Below, one piece after another: positions 57,103 through 64,000 of a stretch of 64,000 nt of DNA. The notes below the pieces were generated by a model. That model was not told the origin of the DNA. It saw only the letters and a list, made by a program, of their open reading frames with translations, and ran no database searches. Every line of letters begins with the position of its first letter. Position 1 is the first letter of the stretch. The stretch lies in the NCBI RefSeq assembly GCF_009914755.1, contig NC_060928.1; one strand, written 5' to 3'. This stretch comes from the human T2T-CHM13v2.0 reference genome, Homo sapiens. Both the position numbers and the translations under genes were made by a program.

Positions 57103-57129
57103 TTTGAGAATCTAGTAGAAAGTGATGAA
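57103..57129 (+). CDS. AP1AR: AP1AR coding exon 3 (27-nt microexon): FENLVESDE
   Basis: Branch-like CTTAAC near 57075; acceptor ttttttgtcctttcag|; donor GAA|GTAAGT; phase 0/0; matches the recalled protein. Confidence 0.9.
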
Positions 57130-57319
57130 GTAAGTATTTCCATAATAGTACAAAACTTGTATTTGTTTTTCTCATTAATCGTCTCATTAGTTCTAACAAT
57201 TACGTTTACAATTTTTATTATTTTTGTTTTAGAATTTTTATTTTCTGGTTTTTATTTTTACTTTTTAGTTCTTTATTATTTCCTTCTTTTACTAATTTAT
57301 ATTAGAAAATAATTCCGAA

Positions 57320-57614
57320 TTTTTTTTTTTTCTTGAGACGGAGTCTCGCTCTGTCTCCCAGGCTGGAGTGCAGTGGCATGATCTCGGCTCACTGCAAGCT
57401 CCGCCTCCCGGGTCACGCCATTCTCCTGCCTCAGCCTCCCAAGTAGCTGGGACTACAGGCGCCCGCCACCACGCCCAGCTAATTTTTTGTATTTTTAGTA
57501 GAGACGGGGTTTCACCATGTTAGCCAGGATGGTCTCGATCTCCTGACCTCGTGATCCGCCAGCCTCGGCCTCCCAAAGTGCTGGGATTTCAGGTGTGAGC
57601 CACCGCGCCCAGCC
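57320..57614 (-). mobile_element. AluY
   Basis: Full dimer; TSD AATTCCGAATTTTTT. Confidence 0.95.
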
Positions 57615-57778
57615 AATTCCGAATTTTTTTACTATCTAAGATAACACTATATACACACACAGGATTTAAAGCGTTATACAGAAACCCAAGGAACTTCAGA
57701 AAGTTGTATTTCTAATATTTCTAACCTCTTGCCATTAAGTAGGTAAAATACCTAACAATCCAGAGTAGACCCATTGCT

Positions 57779-57921
57779 TTTTGTTGTTGTTGCTGTTGTT
57801 TTCTTTTTAAGAGACAAGATCTCGCTATGTTGCCCAGGCTGGACTCAAACTCCTCGGCTTGAGCAGTCCTCCTGCCTCAGCTGAGTAGCTGGGACCATCG
57901 GTGTGTACCACTTCACCCAGC
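57779..57921 (-). mobile_element. FLAM monomer
   Basis: Left-arm monomer with a (TTG)n tail. Confidence 0.8.
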
Positions 57922-59156
57922 TTTGGAGTAGGCCTATTCTTTATAGTTTTCATAGATTCTGATGTCAGATTTTCTACATGTTTATTCTACAGTTTCTGAC
58001 TTTAGCCATCATCTCTTTTATCTTTTCTTTATGTTGATTTTCTACATTTCATCTCATACAACTCAGCAAGTTTTAAGATGCTTCTCAAATACAGAAGTGT
58101 TAAAAATGAGAAGGGAGTGCATTTTAGAATCAGCAAATTGTGTATATTTCAACATTTGATCTTAGTCAAAAGGCTAAGAAGCATTTCTTATGCATTCGTA
58201 TAGTTAGAACTTTAGTTTGTATGCTAATTTGCAACTTCACTAAATTAATTGTGTACGTTTCTGCAAATTACTTAACCTCCCTGGGTCTACTTTCTACATC
58301 TTTAAAATTGGTTCGACTAGAAGAACACTGAAAGTTGACACTGTCGTTTTTGTTTTCTAGGGAAAGAAGAAAATGTATTAATCTTTTCCTTTAGAAATGT
58401 ATTCTTTAGTCCAGCCTTTCTCAGAGTATGTATAGAATACTAGTCTCAGAGTGTAAATTAGCATGTAAAAGATTGAGATAAACTATTGTTAAACTGAATT
58501 ATTTAAACTTGTTCAACTCAGCTCTTCTTAAATTAACGTGGGTAAAAATCCTTTTTTAAAATAATAATACATATTTTTCATCTGATAGGACACATTTTGG
58601 AAACTATTTTAGCCGTTTGTTCTCCCAGTAAAATATCATTCCATTTCATAGAACTTACTTCTTTCCCTTCGCAGAGGTCACTTTTGTCTTCATGTCTTTC
58701 TCTTAAAAAGTTTAAGCAAACACTGGACATGATATTTTTAAAGCATCTGACAAGTGTTAAAAGTAAGCCTTCTTTCAGCCTCCAGTAGAATTCATCCCAG
58801 CATCATAACACTTTTCAAGAGAACTCGTGATTCCATGGATTTTCCTAAGATGCTTTTTGTTTGGTTGGCTGAGGATTTTTTAATTTTTGTTTTTGCTAAC
58901 CCCTCTTCTCCTCTCTAATTTACTTCATATTTTGTGTTTGGTTTAGTTGAATGTCATCCTGTTTTGTAGTGCTACTTTCTAAACTAATGTGGACCATTTG
59001 GAATTTTATTCCTGCTATTATATTTTAACTTTCAGTTATGAATAGTTTAAATGTGTAAGAAATAGGCATAAACCTGAATAAATCCTGAAAATAGTTATGC
59101 TTTGCTTTGGAGGAAAAAACTACAGATAATTTCATAACCTTGTGAAAGAAAACAAA

Positions 59157-59779
59157 AAGTTGATTCTCATTATTGTATTTAAGTTGCTGTAAATGCTAAA
59201 TTAGTGAATGCTGAAGCATTACTGCAGGGGAAATACAAGGTTAGGTTCCTGCAAGCCTCTGATCACAATATGTTCATCAACCAATCAGTATATAGCCTCA
59301 TTCAATGTGCGTTTCTGTGTAAGACACTGTATTAAACACATATTATTGATTCATTAACTTTGAACTCACAGCCAATAGCACAAACTCATGCTTGTATGAA
59401 GCTTACCTAACACACATATTTTCCCCATAACACACATCATAGCTTTCTTGGACTTTAGGAACACTGGAATACTTAGAGGTCATTTTAAACAGAAATCACC
59501 AGCAAAAAAGCACAAAAATGCAAACAGTGTGGCATTAAATAGACTGTAAAAAGGATACTTGTTTATAGCATGAGAGCTGAAACAAGAAAGCGGAGTGTCT
59601 GTCGCCCTGTTCTACCTCATCTGGGAATGTGCATTGCTGAGCAACTCAAAATTTTTACTGCTCCATGCCTGTCCTTGAATGACCAAGAGAGCTCAAATAT
59701 TGATTTTGTGGTTACAAGTAAATTTTCCAAGTAGGCAAATTTGCAAATATAGAAACTGCAAAAAAATGAGGATCAACTG
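59157..59779 (-). mobile_element. MER82-like TcMar-Tigger element
   Basis: Inverted ends agttgattctcatt...aatgaggatcaactg; internal match to the recalled MER82 consensus. Confidence 0.78.
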
Positions 59780-60123
59780 TTAATATAAATGAGAACATAG
59801 AGAATATGTTGTCTCATACCATACTGACCACAGTTCATTTGGTATGTAACAAATATTTGTTAAAAAAAATTAAGAAATGTCCAGCAAATGGTTTTATGTA
59901 ATTAAGCTAGATAGTAAACTAAATTTTGCTTTGGAGAAGTAGCAAAATTTTAAAGCTTTTTGTTTCAAATATTTTTAATAGTGAAATATATTTAATAGTG
60001 AAATGTATTTACTCTGATAAAAAATGGGTAAGTTGAAAGTATTTAGATTAAATAAAAATTGTATTGGTTACTTTAAATAGAATTTAGCTAATGAATTTAA
60101 TTGTTTAATTAATTTTTGTACAG

Positions 60124-60149
60124 GGGGAGAGCCCAGGAAGCAGTCATAG
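60124..60149 (+). CDS. AP1AR: AP1AR coding exon 4 (26-nt microexon): GESPGSSH(R)
   Basis: Acceptor aatttttgtacag|; donor TAG|GTAAGG; phase 0/2; needed to keep frame into exon 5. Confidence 0.88.
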
Positions 60150-60679
60150 GTAAGGCTTTGTTAAAAAAAAAAAACAAAACTTCTATGCAAACTGTAAGAA
60201 AACTCTCTTAAGAAGTCAGGCTTTATCATTTGCTTGCTTTGAGACATTAAACAGTTTACATTTCAGAACTTTTAGTTTTTTCTTTTTATAAGATTGAGAC
60301 AAATATCATATATCTCAAAAGACTGTTTTGAATATTAAAGAATTTAATGTAAGTGCCCAGATGCTTTCCTGTTGTACCTGTTATATGTTTTTTAGTTTTC
60401 TTAAAACCATTTAATACTGATAAGTACGTTTCTTTTAAATTTTTTAACTTTATTGCCCCTTTCTTTCCTTATGCATTCTAAAACTTACTCTACTAAATTT
60501 TTTCACATCTTTTAATAGTAACTAAAACCTTATGCTATAATTATTTAAGCAGCTTTTAAATATCTTATTAAAATTGCATGTGTTACTTGAAGTATCTTTA
60601 AGTCAAAAGAGCATTCTTAATTTCAAGAGAATAGTTTTCATATACAATGTTATATTATGAACAAATAATCCTTACTTTT

Positions 60680-62850
60680 TTTAGTTTAGCAAACATTTAT
60701 TAAGCAACTGTCGTGTGCCAAGCACCGTGCTAGACACTGGGATTTTAAAAATCAGACATAGTCTCTCCATTAGAAGAAAGAACATCCTGGTCTGGGAGAT
60801 AGATTCTCGAGATGACTAATTTCAATATGAGGTAGGGAAAGCAATTAAATAGTGATTATAGAACATTCTAGGGAACCTTAGAGAAGAGGCTGTTTGCCCA
60901 AAACAAAATCCAAGAAGACATTTTTAAGGGGATAACACCTGGTGTTGATTGTTGAAAGGTTGGTTAATGCTAACTATCCAGGCAGAGCAGGAGGACATTA
61001 GAAATTTCATAAGCAAAGTGAGAGAATTGATTGTAAAGGGGCACAAGGAAAGTATGTGAGGTGATGGAAGTGTTATGTATCTTGCTTCCAGTGGAAGTTA
61101 CATGAGTGTATACAATTATCAAAACAACTTTATGAACTGAACACTTAAAATCTATATTTCATTTTATTTAAGTTATACTTCAAAGAAAAAATTTTAAAGC
61201 CCTAATATATAACTAGGGCTAGCAGAAGTTAGAGCTGAAGGGACAGAAGTAGGAGATAATACCTATAAATGGCTAGTTAACCATGATAGTTACCAAGATC
61301 ACCTAACTGAGGTGGGGGTTTGGGGAGAGGTGGAGCATGGTGAGAGAGCAAGGATCTGAGGATTGACTAGGCGGACACTAGAAGAGGATTCTGAAGATGA
61401 CCAAGAAGTAGTAGGCAAAAAGAAGAACCAGGAGAGCTTGGGAAGCCGAGGGAGGGGAGACAGACAGACAGATGGGAATGGTTAACACTGTCCCATGAAA
61501 CTGAGGTAGTAAGATAAGGACTTAAAATTGTGTATTGTATTTGGCAACATAGAAGCCATTGATTACCTTTGCTAGAGTTATTGGAGTTATGGGAGCAGAG
61601 GTAGACTGCAGCGAGTTGACAAGTGAATGGGAGGTAAGGACATGAAGGCAAGAGAAGAACAGTAGTTAAGAACAAGAGCTACACTACCTGGGGTTCAGAT
61701 TCTGGCTTTGCCACATACTATATGACTTACTTAGCCATACTCTTAATCTGTCTTCGTTTCACTTCCCTCATATGTATAATCCTTATATCTACCTTAGAGG
61801 GTTGTTGTGAGGATTACAATTTGCTAATATATGTGAAGCATTGAGAAGAGAGCCAGGCACATAGTAAGTGCTAGGTATGCTGACTATTGATATTATACAT
61901 TTAATTTCAGGACTTGGCTGAAAAAAAGAGGGAGCAGTAGCTTGAGATAGATACAGGTCAAATGGAGGTTTTTTCCTTAGTTTCTTCTTTCTTCCTTCCT
62001 TCCTTCACATGGAAGAGAGGTGCAAACAGACAAAAGGAATAGGTTAAAGGTAAAAGAGAGGTACTAATTGATAGAACAAGGTCCCAGAGAATTGCCTGGA
62101 GTGGGGCAGGAGAGATGGGCTCAATGGTGAGTGAGTCAAGAGTGTAAATGTAGTAGGTGACTCTGAACAAGTTAAGAACATTCCTCTTTAGAGGATGGTG
62201 AGGAGAATAGGAAGGAAATATGTAAGTAAGTGGGGGTTGCCACAAAGTTGGGGCGATTCATGGTTGATACTCCTCATTTCTTAAAGTGGAGTGAAATTGC
62301 CTTTTAAGATAAAAAAAAGTATGAATAAGGAACTTGAGTATGTGAAGATTTTTAATTTGGTAGTGTAGGATATGTGAAGGAATTGCCACATATATATAAA
62401 AGGACTACTGCTGGGGTCCGAGTGCCAAATTGATGTCAGGTTTTCTCTAGCAGCCTGAAACAGGAAGGGCTGAACATGGAAATGACCCAGGGTCAGAATG
62501 TGAGTAAACCAAGTGAATATGGAATAATGATAGGAGTGCAAGAAGGTGAGTATGTTGGTAAGAAAGTAGTTCAGATCTGCCTTGGTGTCCATATTGGTTG
62601 TAAGTGAAGCAAGGCCAGAAGATGACTGGGACAGATAGACTGAGAAAAGGGAAGGATGAAGGGCCTGGGGAAGCCAGAGTGATTAAGCAGGATAAAATAG
62701 GAGGATTAAGAAGAGTTCCAGAATGGTATGACGGCTGAGATCAGGGTGTAATAGTGTACTGATGTTTATATTTTATGATGAGCATCTTGGGATATGGTTT
62801 GGGGTATATACCCATAGGTCAGATGGCTGAAGCAGAGCCAGATGAAGGTA
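60680..62850 (-). mobile_element. Fragmented L2 with MIR and L1ME inserts
   Basis: caaacatttattaagcaactgtcgtgtgccaagcaccgtgctagacactggg followed by a purine-rich diverged body. Confidence 0.55.
61660..61890 (+). mobile_element. MIR
   Basis: gggttgttgtgaggatta...gccaggcacatagtaagtgct. Confidence 0.78.
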
Positions 62851-63117
62851 AATAAAATCCACATTTCTTAAAAGGTAGCTGTAATGCTTTAAAAACTATT
62901 CTGATATTGTATCATCTTACCAGTTTATATACTAGAATAATAGCAAGTGTTAGAATGTATACTTTTTACTCTTAACAATTGAAGTTGTAGCAAATTGCTT
63001 TAACATTTTTAACAGCAAAATTTGAGAATTTCACTGGCTTTTTGAGTGTTTTATTTGGACTTAGACTCATCAGAAGTTTTTGTTTTTTCTTTTTCTCCTC
63101 CTCCTTTTTTTCTCTAG

Positions 63118-63214
63118 GCCTCTTACTGAGGAAGAAATTGTTGACCTAAGAGAAAGGCATTATGATTCCATTGCCGAAAAACAAAAAGATCTTGATAAGA
63201 AAATTCAAAAAGAG
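63118..63214 (+). CDS. AP1AR: AP1AR coding exon 5: (R)PLTEEEIVDLRERHYDSIAEKQKDLDKKIQKE, start of coiled coil
   Basis: Long polypyrimidine tract ending tctctag|G; donor GAG|GTAAAT; 97 nt; visible inside ORF 63080..63277. Confidence 0.94.
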
Positions 63215-63511
63215 GTAAATTGTCTTTTATATTGCTTAAGTACATGTTATCATAAAGAGAGAATTGTCATTAAATAATATATTGTGTAGAGTCTTTGGAC
63301 CTATATTTAGATATATACAGATGAATCTGTTTTAAGAGTTAAAAAAAATCATTCCAGCCTATTATAATTTCTTTTAGTTTGGCTTAATTTATCAGAAATC
63401 ATATGCTGCCAAAAAATGGAGATAGTACATTCTTTTAAAAATAATTTCTTAATTCACAAAGTAGGAACTCTGGCAAGAATATGCACCTTGGTATTTAAAA
63501 CCAACTTTTAG

Positions 63512-63812
<301 letters not shown>

Positions 63813-64000
63813 TTAAAAAATTACCCTGTTTCACAATAAGTGGTTTTTTGAAGAGTTTTTATCTTGGTGTATTTGTTCTCAGAGAACCAAGTACTTATAA
63901 TCATAAGTGTTAAAGTTATTTAATGTGTTTATTGAAATGGCCTATAATTATGGTTTTGCACCCACTAAACTAAATGGAATTATTCATATTCTGCTGCACA

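Overview
Human genomic DNA; an AluYb8-type insertion supports human origin. The window holds the CpG-island promoter and the first five coding exons of AP1AR (Gadkin/gamma-BAR) on the + strand: 34444-34526, 55564-55612, 57103-57129, 60124-60149, 63118-63214. These splice by GT-AG in frame to 94 codons (MGNCCWTQCFGLLRKEAGRLQRVGGGGGSKYFRTCSRGEHLTIEFENLVESDEGESPGSSHRPLTEEEIVDLRERHYDSIAEKQKDLDKKIQKE), and the gene continues beyond the window. The upstream ~33 kb is repeat-rich intergenic DNA. It includes a heavily deleted HERV9 nested in an AluY nested in an L1MB, a solo LTR12C-type LTR, two MER66-like solo LTRs and a MER61-like LTR. Nearly all tracked ORFs are repeat-derived or spurious. I see no evidence for a new multi-gene system. 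The best leads are regulatory: a sense LTR12 promoter with a locus-specific splice donor plus a candidate acceptor in the AP1AR 5' UTR, uORFs, two tandem microexons, inverted Alus around them, and a p53-like site in MER61. Repeat subfamily names and the gene name come from recalled consensus sequences, not database searches.
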